Shown here: positions 24,463 to 38,900 of the stretch, one piece after another
How the letters are laid out: each line of letters starts with the position of its first letter
How positions within the stretch are numbered: the stretch's first letter is position 1
Assembly: GCF_964355755.1 (NCBI RefSeq)
Contig: NC_092679.1
Coordinates: 16,909,432-16,973,431 of the forward strand
Reading direction: 5' to 3'
DNA: 64,000 nt
Source: Antedon mediterranea
Taxonomy: Eukaryota > Animalia > Echinodermata
Program-made: the position numbers and the translations under genes
The notes under the pieces: generated by a model
Told to the model about the DNA's origin: nothing
The model's database searches: none
What the model saw: the letters and a program-made list of their open reading frames with translations, nothing else

Positions 24463-25910
24463 GATTGTTTTCAGTATCAATTAATGTAGTAACAACATGG
24501 AATTAAGCAGTCGGTACGATCAAAAACATCTTTCAATCTGGTGCGTGGGAATGGCTACAATTTGTTTGCTCACGTGTCATGACGTACGTACGTATACATT
24601 GACATCGTAAAAGGCTCCTTGATTGTCTGACGAATGGAAATCCAGTATAATGACACACCTCCAACACACCTCCAGTTTGATCCAGAAAGAGGGCGTAAGA
24701 CTGTTTGATAGAATTCTCTCATCAGAGTAATTTAATACTTTTCAGTTTTCTTTAAATAATAATAATATATAATATTAAAATAATAACTCAGAAATAGGCG
24801 AACTAGGAAAATGTTTTTTATAACAAATTACTGATACGTTTTCTGGTACGAAAAATCTATAAGCTAAACAAGGCGATCATTTTTAACCAAGCGTCAATTC
24901 CGGATCCAATAAATATGACAAAAACTTAGATGAATAGTTTGATAATATTACTAGCAGGATTTGTTTTTATACAATGGATTATACAATGTTTATTTGAATT
25001 TTAAAAGATAATCATGAAGAAATAAGTTGATAATGCTGAAGCCATGTTTGTTACGTCAGTGTTCTAAAAGCCGCCATTTCGCTTGATTCCTCCATTAAAG
25101 AATTAAGCAAAGTATTTAAGATAAAGAGGCGTGAAGTGGTATATTGATTAAAGTGCGAACTTTAATCGGATCTTGGCTGCTAAATTACGAGTGTGAAAAA
25201 CAACAATTAGGCCTAAACGCAAAAAAAAACAAGATAAGTTTTTCATCTAGCAATAATCACGAATACAGTTTTGTTTCCGCAAGGACGTAAGCGCAACGCA
25301 AGCGAATTGACCAATGTGTGATTGGTAAAACTTCTTGTAGTGCGTTTTCGTACGTCATTGCGTTGCTTAGGAAATCAACCTTTAACCTTTGGCTATATAT
25401 CGACTATGCGCGCAAAACAAAACATCAGAAAAATGTTTTAAAAAGTGTTAACATCGTTTATTTTGATTGGCAAGCAAGTGTAAAAGGATGTTACTATTTG
25501 TAGAACATAATTATTCCTTTACTGCTTTTTGGATGCAGTTGGTTTTCAAAAATCCTAATTCTATACCGTTGTCTATAATTATACCAGCCTTTAAAATTCT
25601 TTAGGCATTTATAATCGTATTATCTCGATCGTTATTGTGTATACAGGTGGTCTATTGTTATTTCTATTTAAAAGAAACAACAAACAATGGTTCTACATTA
25701 AAACGAAACGAAAATATCAGAAACCAAAACGTTATTTTGTTTAGTGAAAGATCTTAACCTTACGAGAAAATAATGTCTTGCAATGTATTCGCTCGAATCT
25801 ACTATGCGCATGTGTATTAATATTTCAACTTTTTTTTGCGAAGCGAAAAATCGCGTACCAATCAGAGCTCAGGGATGTCGGGTCACCTGTAGAAGAATAC
25901 TATAATTTAA

Positions 25911-26289
25911 CTGTGGAAGACATATTCCCTGTGGAAGACATATTCCCTGTGGAAGACATATTCCCTGTGGAAGACATATTCCCTGTGGAAGACATATTCC
26001 CTGTGGAAGACATATTCCCTGTGGAAGACATATTCCCCGTGGAAGACATATTCCCCGTGGAAGACATATTCCCCGTGGAAGACATATTCCCCGTGGAAGA
26101 CATATTCCCCGTGGAAGACACATTCCATGTGGAAGACACATTCCCTGTGGAAGACATATTCCCTGTGAAAGATATATTCCCTGTAGAAGACATATTCTCT
26201 GTGTGTGGAAGACATATTCCCTGTGTGTGGAAGACATATTCCCTGTGTGTGGAAGACATATTCCCTGTGTGTGGAAGACATATTCCCTG
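25911..26289. repeat. 18-bp minisatellite (about 16 units) followed by four 22-bp variant units, in the ASPG-SMOC intergenic region
   Basis: (CTGTGGAAGACATATTCC)n; accounts for the VEDIFP-repeat ORF and the antisense repeat ORFs. Confidence 0.97.
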
Positions 26290-26420
26290 CTAGCTAGTAC
26301 CCTATATTGGAATTCCTCAATCGGATCCCATCATCGGAGGAAACATGTATTTAAATGAATAAAGATCTGGAAATTACGGTCAATAACGAAAACAGTAGTC
26401 AAGATAAAATTAAGGCAGTG

Positions 26421-26600
26421 TGACGTCATTCAATATAAAAAGCACATTATCAATCATTATCAATCAACTGTTTTCTGGTTTAGCAAATGGTCAGATCCAT
26501 CAGCTTGTATAGCACCACCCATTCTTACCTAAAGAGGTATTTAACTTGTAACAAGTTTAATCCAATAGGAATGATCACCCGAAAAGCCCCGCCTCCTCAA
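26421..26600 (+). promoter_or_regulatory. Candidate SMOC promoter elements
   Basis: Perfect CRE TGACGTCA 26421-26428, TATAAAA 26434-26440, CCAAT 26562, GC box GCCCCGCCTCC ~26586, all 300-480 bp upstream of the ATG. Motif evidence only. Confidence 0.4.
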
Positions 26601-26902
26601 TTCACAAGTGTGTGTGATTTGAAACGAGAATGTTTTGAAAGGTACTTATCTGTCGTTGCCTCGCGAGTGGTGAGCGTCAAGAACTTATTGCGTGTGCCGC
26701 CGCTGAAGATATCAACATCACATTTATGTTTTTATTTTACCGCCTCAGGTATCGCAAAATTGTCAAAATATTTTTCGACCGTCGGCCAGGTAACACGACG
26801 CGGGAATTGTTTGTGCAGTACACACCGGGGTTTAAATCACACTTAATTGGAAGGACTTATTTAGGGTTATATTAAATTGTTTCGACTTCATAAACTTCAG
26901 AT

Positions 26903-29900
26903 ATGGACATTTTATTTCGCCACTGTCTGCCTCTTACGGCAATCATCTTTAGCATATTATTTATGGAACATGCTTGCGAGGCAAGGCTTGCTAAGGTAAG
27001 ATAATTATAATTCATTTAACTTAGGCCTAATTAAGTACGGTATCTGAATTTAAAAACAGGCATGCGACAAAGCAGGTCTGCATACCTTTGTAAAATGGAA
27101 CGTCCGTCTTTCCCTTGCAAAAGTGGCTACTGCTACATGTGTCCTCTCCTCTTGCATATTTCACCAGCATATTTTCTGAATCCCCCGGCCGTATGTAACG
27201 GGCTACCTCCTGCCGGTATCTGTATAAAGTAGGCCTGAGTCGTATGATATTTGTTTATCGATAAGTCCATTTACGGATCATCTGCCACTCAAACATGTTA
27301 CAATGAAATTTGATAACGAATAATTTTCCCCTTAAAGTTTCTTCTTGGTGAAGTAACCTAAATGCCCTAAATATAAATCAGAAGTAGCCTCAAAATATAG
27401 GCCCTAATATAGACCCACACTTCTCTGGTCATATGATATATTAAGTTATACGGTACATGTCGATTCCAAGTGAATATTAATGAATTGATTAATAACGGTT
27501 CAAATGATATAGGCCCATCGGCGTCCTTTAAGCCTACCTTTCCATAAAATACGTGAGACCGGTTTCATGGAGTGAAACCAAGACGTCAAGATGGTGTACG
27601 AGAGGAGAGGGCTAGATTTTCCTGTCGCCAAGGGTAAGGGTGGTGGTATTATTCTCCCCCGTTGAGAAAGTCAAATTGCTTTACGGGTTATTTAAAAGCT
27701 ATAATCCTACCTTTAGTGTTAACCAGCGAAATAACAACAGATCTTTTACTAAAACCCAGTATCATTGACGTGTCGGTATGAACATTTTCGTCATTTGACA
27801 AACGTCGGCATTATGTGGTAGGGTGGCCAGTTCCTTTCCACGCCGCCTTATCCTCCCTAGTATTTTCAAGCAGGTACTCATTTACAGCTAAGTAGACTGG
27901 GAGTAGACTGGGAGTTGTCGGGAATTGAACCCAGGTCTCTCTGTGACGCAAAGTGAAGTACAATAATGTGCTTTATTATAGTGACCACATTCAATGCCAA
28001 TTAATAGGCCTACACAATACGCAACTAAGCATATGAAGTTTTGTAGGCCACATTGTTTTGGTCATATCGGTCGACTAGACAATAACTTTACAGGATCACC
28101 ATTAATAGTGTTATAATGTGGCCCATAAATAAATTATCAAATTGCATCCGGTTGTATGTATGAGAAAACCGTTCTTTTAAGGCCTTTTCAAAAATCCATT
28201 AAAAAAAAAATTGAAATGACGATTCCCCTTTTTTCGATTTGCTAGATAGTTTTCGCAATTAATAATAAACATAGCTTTTTTCATAGATATATATTTTCCA
28301 TGGTGTAAATAACATTATAAGTAGGCCTATATAGGACTTCATGATTGCGTGTTAACGAACACCAAAATATTTTTAATGGCAAGCATGCATGTTGATGGGA
28401 CATAAGCCACATCACGTAAATTTCACTAACAACTAAATTTGGCAAAAATTGCAAAACATCAAAAAGAAGCACATGGGCTTCTTAATTAACCAAGAGCACT
28501 TTGAATGGCGTCTTTTATAGATGGGCTACTTTTCAAAATAAATGCTGTAAATTTTTTTTAATCAAACCATGAAATTATGTTGAAAATAAACCCATGACCT
28601 TCATTTCGAAAGCGGTCGTTTTTAGATTACTTTTGCAAACCAAAAAGGGGATTTTTTTGTTGATGGGCTTCTTTCAATGTTTTACGGTATCTGATTATCA
28701 TAATGATTAAACAATAACAAACCATCACCGATCATCGTCTTCAATTAAATATTCATTTCAAAATGTGTTTATGAAAAATAAAATTTAATATAATGGATTA
28801 TATACCATTTCATATTCAATATCGTCCCAGTCTGCGTTTTACGTCATAAATTACAACAGCATAATCCGCCGGTCAAATCCCTTCACCCAACTAGGCTACA
28901 TCATTTCTAAAATTAGTTTAGTCTGAGTTTCTAACTAGGTTATCGGTACATCAACACGATTTTGCATATAGTTTAAGTAGTTACAAGATGTTTATTGCGG
29001 TCAAAATAATTTTTAATATCTTATCTCCACTGATACGTTGGTCAACATGTGTTATCGAACATAGCAAGTCAAGTAGTTCCAATTAAAAACGGAGTACCTG
29101 AACCATGTGATCGATCCAATGAGTTTATTATTCTCTGCAATATGCACTGTTAAAATAGTGTTTAGATCTTAAACATGTATTTTGTACCCACTTTTTCCAC
29201 ACATTTAGCCTTAAACATGTTTAAATATGAAACATGTTTAGGTTCTAAACATGTAGTCTATATCCAACTCAATACATCAGTGACGTGTTGATTGTAAAAC
29301 ATGTGGAGCAATATAAAGACACGTTTAAGTTTTAAACGTGTTTAATTTGGCATGTGTGGAGCTCATGTGTGGAGCTTTTTTACACCACAGTAAAATCGTA
29401 TGCACGCAACTCTAAACACGTACCTAAACATGTTGACTGCGAAACATGTGGAGAAATTGAACATAATGGTGACATGTTGACTGCTGCTAAACGAGTGGAG
29501 GAAAACTATAGCTGTCTATAAAGACGTTTAGGTTTTAAACACACTAAACATGTAACTACGTGTTTAAATGTGTCTCACTGTTTTTACAGTGTGGTACCCG
29601 GATTTAATTTCACACAAACTTAAAACATAATATTTCTCTTATGTCTACTTTTTTTTTTTCTCTCTTTTGTGGCGCAAACACCACTTTTATTCACATTCAT
29701 ATTATCTCATATTACATAAAATCGTATTATTTAACTTGTAAATGTCGTTACAGTTCATCATTCTTATGTCTACTTACTGATCTCATTGAACTAAGCTTAG
29801 AAAATATTTGTGTTTTTTCTAAAATCAAATTAGAACCGAATTTTTTTAACGATGCAGTGTACATTATTTGGGCCAAAGGACAAATATAATAAAATTTAGA

Positions 29901-32900
29901 TCTTCCAAAAAAGAAGATCCATCTTTTCTTTCTATTTTCATATAAACATTCTATTTATTGACCTAGATTTTGTATGAATTATTAAATAGACTAAGAGACA
30001 TCATTGAAAAGTTGTGTACTCTATTGCAAGAATACACGTACTGATAGGCCTACTTTATTTTTGGAGGATAAACTTCCGACCAAACAGTACATTTTGACTG
30101 CATGATGTTTCCTGATCATCATACCATGGATCATACCATTTTATACCTCAATGATCATATTTTATATTAACGCACAGAAGCTCTGACCCCAACGAGATGT
30201 CGACTTGACAGTGCAGATCGGTATTCCGAAATCACTTACTGTTAGCGATTAGAGTAGTTACCGATTTTTACTCGAAACGGAAGTTCACACAACGGAATAC
30301 CGATCTGCACTGTCAAGTCGAAAAATAAAGTAGGCCTATCAGTGTATTCTTGCAATAGAGTACACAACTTTTACCCCACTACACGCTACTTGTAGGTCTA
30401 CACATATTTGTTTGCGGTTCGTAAACATAATTTATAGTAGAAATACTCCGATTTGAAAATAACATATGTTCGCATTCTTGTGTTGTTAAAACCACTCAAC
30501 ATGACAAATTCGTTTCACCATTCAATTAGCGTTCCAATTCATCGTATTGCAATTTTACTTGTTTTATAAATAATTTAACCACATTTTATTTTCCAATTGT
30601 ATTACGTAGTATTCTACACGTCTGGCAACAATAAATAAACTACATCACACGTGGTTTGGGTTTATTTTCAATAACATTGTTCGGAATTGATGGATAAGTA
30701 CATGCGCTCAATTGTAATTTACGTGTTCATTCAAAGAGATCTCTATACCTTTAGCCGAGTTTAATTCCTGGTCCGACTTATCATGACCCGATTGAACTTT
30801 TACAATCCAGATTAACTGATTATTTGCTATTTCATTGACTTTAATGGTACATAGTCTTTCGATATCACGTTTAATTCTCTCGTAATATTTCATTCGTTCA
30901 GTCGCCTGTGAAACAATTCTCGCGTGTTGCTGTCAAAACTAAACCAGGTGAAATTGTTTACCCAAAATGCCGAGTAGGCCTACCGTAATAAGTCATTTAG
31001 CAATTGAAGGTTCTTCTTTCGAAATTGGTTTCGATTCGATAGGGAATGCTACAAATAATATAAGAGAATAGTGTGATAGTATTAGTAAACTAGATCTGAA
31101 CTCGTCGTCAAGACAAGTTAGACGACGCGATACATAACGTAAAAGTCTGTAGACAATCAACTGTACACATAAATGGCTCCTGTCTAACATAATGTAACTT
31201 AATGTAAATGCATAGGCCTATACAATGTTAATGTTTAATTTACATTGACGAATACAGTATAAGAGATAAAGGCCAATTTACACAGACGAGCGGTAACGGT
31301 TAGCGGAAAACCGCGTAGCATGTCCAACGTAGAATCTGTATCTATCCTCAGCGGAAACCGCCCGTTTACTCCGTGTTGTGTGTAAATGGTCAAAGAAATA
31401 ACATAGATTCTATATTTGTATTATCGTTACCGACCTTTAGGCGGTGACGGTAATGTTTCCATAGAACCTTGTTGGTTTACGTTGGTAAACATTCCTTCAC
31501 GGTTGTAAGAAACTATTATGTTTAAATTATAGGCTAATAGGTTACCGGGCCCATCATCTCAATAGATTAGCCTAATTTAAAGATTCTGTTTTTAACCAAT
31601 TTTGGTTATATTTAGAATAAATCGGATGTTTACATAACAAGTTAAGTTTATGAGTTCGATTGGAACAGAATGGCCTGCTACCACTGGGGTCCTAAACAGA
31701 TTAAGATCGCTGATGTTATCACTTGCCTGTTTCCAAAGAGAAACTATTGGCGATCACACAATACAGTAGAACACATTAATTTGAAAGGAACATCTTCGGG
31801 GTTTAATAAAGTAACCCATTATTAAAGGGGTAACAACAAGCGAAATTCATTCGTACTAATACGTGCGTATGAAAACAAAATCTAATCATGCATAACGGAT
31901 TGTAACTAGCGCCATCACATACTTTTAGAAGCGACTGCGATGACTTCTATTACTAACTCTCAATTCACATACTTGCCTAAATTCAACATTATCCAGTAAG
32001 CAACTAATATTCGCATTCTTACCAAATGTTTTAGTTATCTACTGTATATCCCTCATAGTCTTGGTATTTAATATTGATTTGTTGGTTATCATACATGCGT
32101 TATTTATCATCGTCGGTAGAGGTCATTTAAAAGCCGACTGGTTCCGCACGTGACATTGACGGATAACTTACTTTTTAAAGCAGAATGCACACTGGCGCAT
32201 AATTATACATTCATCATTTTTTCAAGGCCTCCTATAGGATTTTTCTTTCACTGTATAATAAATTTAACTAATTGTTAATGCATTAGGCTATATATACATT
32301 ACATTAAATATCAGCATTTATAAAACTGACTAATAATATATTGTTCTTCCCCTTCCTCCTTTTCGCCACCCTTACACTTTCCCCTTAAATTGAACGCAGG
32401 GCAATATTTTGCCCGGACCTCCTTTTAAATAATATATACTATGAAATAAAAGTGGGGTGGGGATGTTCTACCCGCCACACAAGCGGTATCACAATACTAC
32501 TGTTTGTTTAACGTCGGTAGACGGATACCGTACCTGAATTGGCTGAATGTTCAATATCTACAAACTTCTATGATGTTTTAGGAAATTATAAAAGTACAAC
32601 TAATGATACATATACTGAATGTCAAAAAATAAACTTTAACATCAGTAAATTATAATACGCATAATACACGTAAATCAATATTTATAATATAGTAGTACAC
32701 TGTTTGTTTTTGCAGTTTCCAATTGACAGAGTAACAAATCCAAGTTGTAATTCAGATTGTACAGATGCACCAAAAAAGTTATTATGCGGCAGTGATGGGT
32801 TGACCTACAACTCGCGGTGCCAGCTACAATACGCTAAGTGTATAGGCAAGCAAATTGCAATCATCAAAAAAGGAAAATGTGTAGGTAAGGTCATCTGTTG

Positions 32901-35900
32901 AGTTGTTCGATTCACTATTTAATATTTGTTTGATAAATGTATTCATTGATTCAAGTAATGATTAATTCAATAGATTAATGATTTCTTTAATGGATTGGTT
33001 TGATTGACTTGTATTGATTTGGTTTGATTGACTTGTATTGATTTGGTTTGATTGACTTGTATTGATTTGGTTTGATTGACTTGTATTGATTTGGTTTGAT
33101 TGACTTGTATTGATTTGGTTTGATTGACTTGTATTGATTTGGTTTGATTGACTTGTATTGATTTGGTTTGATTGACTTGTATTGATTTTGTTTGATTGAC
33201 TTGTATTGATTTGGTTTGATTGATTGTATTGATTTGGTTTGATTGACTTGTAATGATTTGGTTTGATTGACTTGTATTGATTTGGTTTGATTGACTTGTA
33301 TTGATTTGGTTTGATTGACTTGTATTGATTTGGTTTGATTGATTTGTATTGATTTGGTTTGATTGACTTGTATTGATTTGGTTTGATTGACTTGTATTGA
33401 TTTGGTTTGATTGACTTGTATTGATTTGGTTTGATTGACTTGTATTGATTTGGTTTGATTGACTTGTATTGATTTGGTTTGATTGATTTGTATTGATTTG
33501 GTTTGATTGATTTGTTTAATTGGATTGAATAGTTGGTTGGATATTGATTTGGTTTGATAAATCGATTTTGAATGATCAATTGCATTAAATGAATTGTTGG
33601 AATATCGATTTGGTTTGATTGATTTGTATTGATTTAGTTTTGATTGATTTGTATTGATTTGGTTTCATTGATTTGAATTAATTGTATTGAATCATTTGAT
33701 GAAATGTTGATTTGGTTTCTTAAAATGATTTAGTTTGATCAATTTCATTTTGAATATTTGATTGGAATACTGATTTGTTTTGATTAATTGATTTGTATAG
33801 ATAAACTGTATTGAATAATTGATTGGAATATTGATTTGCCTAGATAAAATCGATTTAGTTTAATTAATTGATTGATTAATTGGGATATTGATTTAGTTTG
33901 ATAAATGGACTTGTATAGATAAATTGCATTGAATAATTTATGGGAATATTGATTTGGCTTGATTAATTGATTTGGTTTGATTAATTGATTTGGTTTGATT
34001 AATTGATTTGGTATGATTAATTGATTTGGTTTGATTAATTGATTTGGTTTGATTAATTGATTTGGTTTGATTAATTGATTTGGTTTGATTAATTGATTTG
34101 GTTTGAATACTATAATGATTAATTAATGGAATATTGAATTGGTTTGATTAATTGATTTGGTTTGATTACTATAATGATTAATTGATTAGAATATTGATTT
34201 GGTTTGATTAATGGATTATGGTTTGATTACTATAATGACTAATTGATTGGAATATTGATTTGGTTTGATTAATTGATTATGGTTTGATTACTATAATGAC
34301 TAATTGATTGGAATATTGATTTGGTTTGATTAATTGATTTGGTTTGATTACTATAATGATTAATTGATTGGAATATTGATTTGGTTTGATTACTATAATG
34401 ATGAATTGATTATAATATTGATTTGGTTTGATTAATTGATTATGGTTTGATTAATTGATTTGGTTTGATTAATTGATTTGGTTTGAATACTATAATGATT
34501 AATTAATGGAATATTGAATTGGTTTGATTAATTGATTTGGTTTGATTACTATAATGATTAATTGATTAGAATATTGATTTGGTTTGATTAATGGATTATG
34601 GTTTGATTACTATAATGACTAATTGATTGGAATATTGATTTGGTTTGATTAATTGATTATGGTTTGATTACTATAATGACTAATTGATTGGAATATTGAT
34701 TTGGTTTGATTACTATAATGATTAATTGATTGGAATATTGATTTGGTTTGATTACTATAATGATGAATTGATTATAATATTGATTTGGTTTGATTAATTG
34801 ATTATGGTTTGATTACTATAATGACTAATTGATTGGAATTTTGATTTGGTTTGATTAATTGATTTGGTTTGATTACTATAATGATTAAGTGATTGGAATA
34901 TTGATTTGGTTTGATTACTACTGTATAATGATGAATTGATTAGAATATTGATTTGGTTTGAATAATTGCATTGAATAATTGATTAGAATATTTATATGGT
35001 TTGATTAATTGATTAACTGGATTGATTAATTGATTTGGTTTGATTACTATAATGATTAATTGATTGGAATATTGATTTGGTTTGATTACTATAATGATGA
35101 ATTGATTAGAATATTGATTTGGTTTGAATAATTGCATTGAATAATTGATTAGAATATTGATATGGTTTGATTAATTGATTAACTGGATTGATTAATTAGA
35201 ATATCGATTTGGCTTGATAAAATAATCCATTTGAATATTGATTTGGTTTGATTACTAGATTGAAAAAAATTTATTGGAATATCTATTTGGTTTGATTATT
35301 TGGTTTGATTAATTGCATTGAGTAATATATTGGAATATTGACATAATTTAATCAATTTATTGATCAATTGATTGATTGGAATATTGATTTAGTTTGATTG
35401 ATTTGGTTTAATTGAATTAGATAGAATATTAACCGTCATTCTCAAATCTCACAGAAAAAACAAAATGTCAAGCTGAGAGAGAATCTTCTATTAGTGTTGC
35501 AGCTGGCAGTTCATCAACTAATGGTGTGTTCATCCCACAATGCAATCTAGATGGAACATACTCATCAACGCAATGTCATAGTTCATTCAATTACTGTTGG
35601 TGCGTGGATGACCTGGGTAAACCGATTCCTGGTACATCGGTACAATATAGACGGCCAACTTGCGACGGCGAATCTTCTCCAGGTATGGACTTTATTTACA
35701 GTACTGTACATATTTTTGTTGTCTGTTGTGAGGCTCACTCACTTTCATGATCATGCATAATCTAATCATTTTTCCTATATATTATTATTATTATTACTAT
35801 TTTTATTATATTTTTAAATTGCTTGATTTTAAAAAAATAAATCAACCTATTATATTTATTAGAGCATGATCAACATCCTTTAAATCTGTATTCAGGATTC

Positions 35901-38900
35901 AATCCATCTGTGAGAATTACATTTCCACAAGTGCTGTTTACACACATATGCATTTAGTGCATTTTGGTCAAACATACTACCATATCTGTGAAAATATTAT
36001 TGATGTTAATAGTACAGGGTATTATAGTTTTAATTTCAAGTATTGGAAGTACAGTATGACAATGCTACATTAAAATGTTAAATATTCAATCCATTAGTAA
36101 TTTTCAATCAATATCAATTAGAATTGTAATCAATACTTGATACTATCGCATTACCATATAGAAGAACTCTTGTTGTGGGAAATCCCTATTATGGAGATAT
36201 ATTTTGGCACATATGGCGTTTCATACTTATACTATTTGAGCTTGTATTTCAGACAAACATCAAAAGTCTCGAAAATAACTACAGACTTGGGACAATTAAG
36301 TCTAAAGGGTCTTTCACATCTGTTCCGGCACGGCAAATCCAACATCAATGTTTCGTTTTCACGACGCTCAACACCAATCAATATGCGCATAGCCGCGTAC
36401 GTGAAAATGAAACATTGACGTTTTTTTTGGCTTTTCCATCGCCGGACCGAAACCGTGCCGCAACAGGTGTGAAGGGCCTGTATCATAACACTATGACCAA
36501 CACCGATTATGGGAGACACCTCTAATAAGGGGACAATTCATTAAAAGTGAAACACATGCTGTTACAATTATTATATATTCTAAAACCAAAATAAAACGCA
36601 GTAAACAGGTGTCACACCACATTAAGTAATTTTTCTCCAGCCTACAAGCATTTTAAGACATTTATTAGTAAATATTGATATTATTTTCAATAAAAATGAT
36701 ACTATTATTTTCAATAAAAATGATACTAAACAATAATAAAACATTTTGTGATATACAATTTTAATGATGTTAATAAACCAGATCAACATGTTTTTTAGCA
36801 ATGTTGCTCGTAATTTTACCTTATAATTATTCATAATTTTCAATCCTACACCCACTCATTAATCAATTTGCCCTAAAAATAGCCGCATTGACCTTCCAAA
36901 TTATTTTAAAGTAAAAGTTTGGTTTTGTGACTCACATTGGATAATGATTTATAAGTTCAGTCTATGTTATATAAACTTAACTAAACCCTTCAATATGTAC
37001 ATTAACAAAAAATATTATTCTAGAACATGGTTGTAGTATAACAACCAAAAACATTGAGATTTTCCCAACTTTTTAAACCTTTTTTTAGGAACAAGACAGT
37101 AGGCCTACCAAAATACCTAGTTATTTTTCAACATGCAAACTTTAATAATTATTTCAGTCTATGTTAATTAAATAAAAAACTTTAATATATGAATATGAAA
37201 AAAAACCCCTAAATTTAACACGGTTGTAGATTTGTTTTTAACACATTTTTTAACCTCTTTTTAGGAACCAAACAGTGTATACCTACCTAAATACAGTACC
37301 TTAATTATCTGAAGTTTTTTATTTTACTATAATTAGGAAGTTTTCTAAATGATATATTCTGAAATCATCTGAAAGCTATCATAATCTTAATGTTAAAAAT
37401 TAAAAATAAATTATTTTTATCGATTTTGTGTAGATGGCTGTCCATATTGACATAACATACTGATTACTATTTTTCTATTTAAACTGTACGTTTTTAAATT
37501 AAAAAATAAATCAAAAGTACTTGTCGCGTTTCTATTTCTACTACCGACGTTTACATTTCAAAGTTTTACGTTATTTATTGTAATCTTCTACATTATCGTT
37601 TATATATAAATAGAGCTGCACTGACGAGATCTAATAAGATCGAAACAGTACTGTCTGCAGATTGTATATATATATATATATATATATTTATTTTCTTCTT
37701 TATTTCTAGCAACGCCAAAATGGCTCAGTTATAAAAAGAAAGGGAGAAATCCTAATAAAATAAATAATTTTACAAATCTATCTACACTAGGGTTGACAGA
37801 TCAAGTCAACTATATCCATTTATTGTTTATACAATACCACAATATATTTAATTGAAACCGCCAGAGCCCATTGCATTTTGGGTAATGCTTTAAACGGATA
37901 TAAATGAGCAAAACTTGATCAGAAATGCAGTTGAAATATACTTTATATTTTAAATCTATTTTTAAATAAACGGTTTATTTGAAGTAATACAGCAGAAACA
38001 GACCCACAGTAAAATCTTCCTTTCCAACTAAATTAATAATAGACAGATGGAAATGACTAGCATTACATTAAAATTTGTAAGCATGATAGGATATCGAGTA
38101 TGTAGTATCGTAGTATATACACAAAATAAGTGCAGTTGTGATTTACGTCATTAAGTAAAGTTCGTAGTCATTAAACCTGTGACTCATAACATCGTAAGGT
38201 AAAAAACCAATAATTGTCAAGTAGTCTCAGTGAAAATTACCTGAAATATAATTGCCAAAATGTCTAACCTTTTACATTTTTTGCAGATAGATTAAATTAG
38301 ATTAGATTAGATCTTTTTATTTAATCCTTTAATATAATATATAAAAGTATAGAGACACTATAAACAGGCCAGTGATATACTGAAAATTAATTACGGTAAT
38401 TGAAAATGAGGAAATATGTGAAAGGGAGAAAATGCTGCCTCAACCGTTTTTCAACAACGATTAAATATCCAAACAGCATTTAACATGATGTTGGCATGTA
38501 GTTGATAACATCAACAACATGATTAGATTAGTGTAACCGTCACAAAAAGTTGTATACATCCTCACTTATGGCGGCGCCCTACCACATGGACAATATTACT
38601 GTTACAGGGAAAATCGCGGATTACTCATTCTTGTGATATATATTCTTTAGTTACAGATACTGTATCCTACCATTAAGCTCTGTCTACACTATCAAACTAG
38701 TTTGACAAAAAAGTGTAATGTGGCCAAATATGGTCGTGATATGACATCATTTATATATATATATGGGCACATCACAATTTGATAGTTTGATAGTGTAGAC
38801 AGAGCTTTAGGCTACCAAGGCTTTCCTAGTTCAAATTCAATCAGATACTGTTATAAATCCCTACACCCCAACTTGGTACATATCAAACAGATTATCTCAT

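Noticed and set aside
25778-26293. 171-aa ORF with VEDIFP repeats and overlapping antisense ORFs
   Set aside because: Artefact of an 18-bp minisatellite lacking stop codons in several frames.
30101-30186. Possible intronic C/D-box snoRNA (ATGATGT ... CTGA)
   Set aside because: Imperfect C box, no terminal stem and no recognisable rRNA guide.
32962-33585. 207-aa ORF with KSIKPNQY repeats
   Set aside because: Translation of the 24-bp minisatellite in SMOC intron 2.
37710-37850. Extra SMOC exon after a good acceptor (ATPKWLSYKKKGRNP...)
   Set aside because: No convincing in-phase donor; cannot be supported without transcripts.
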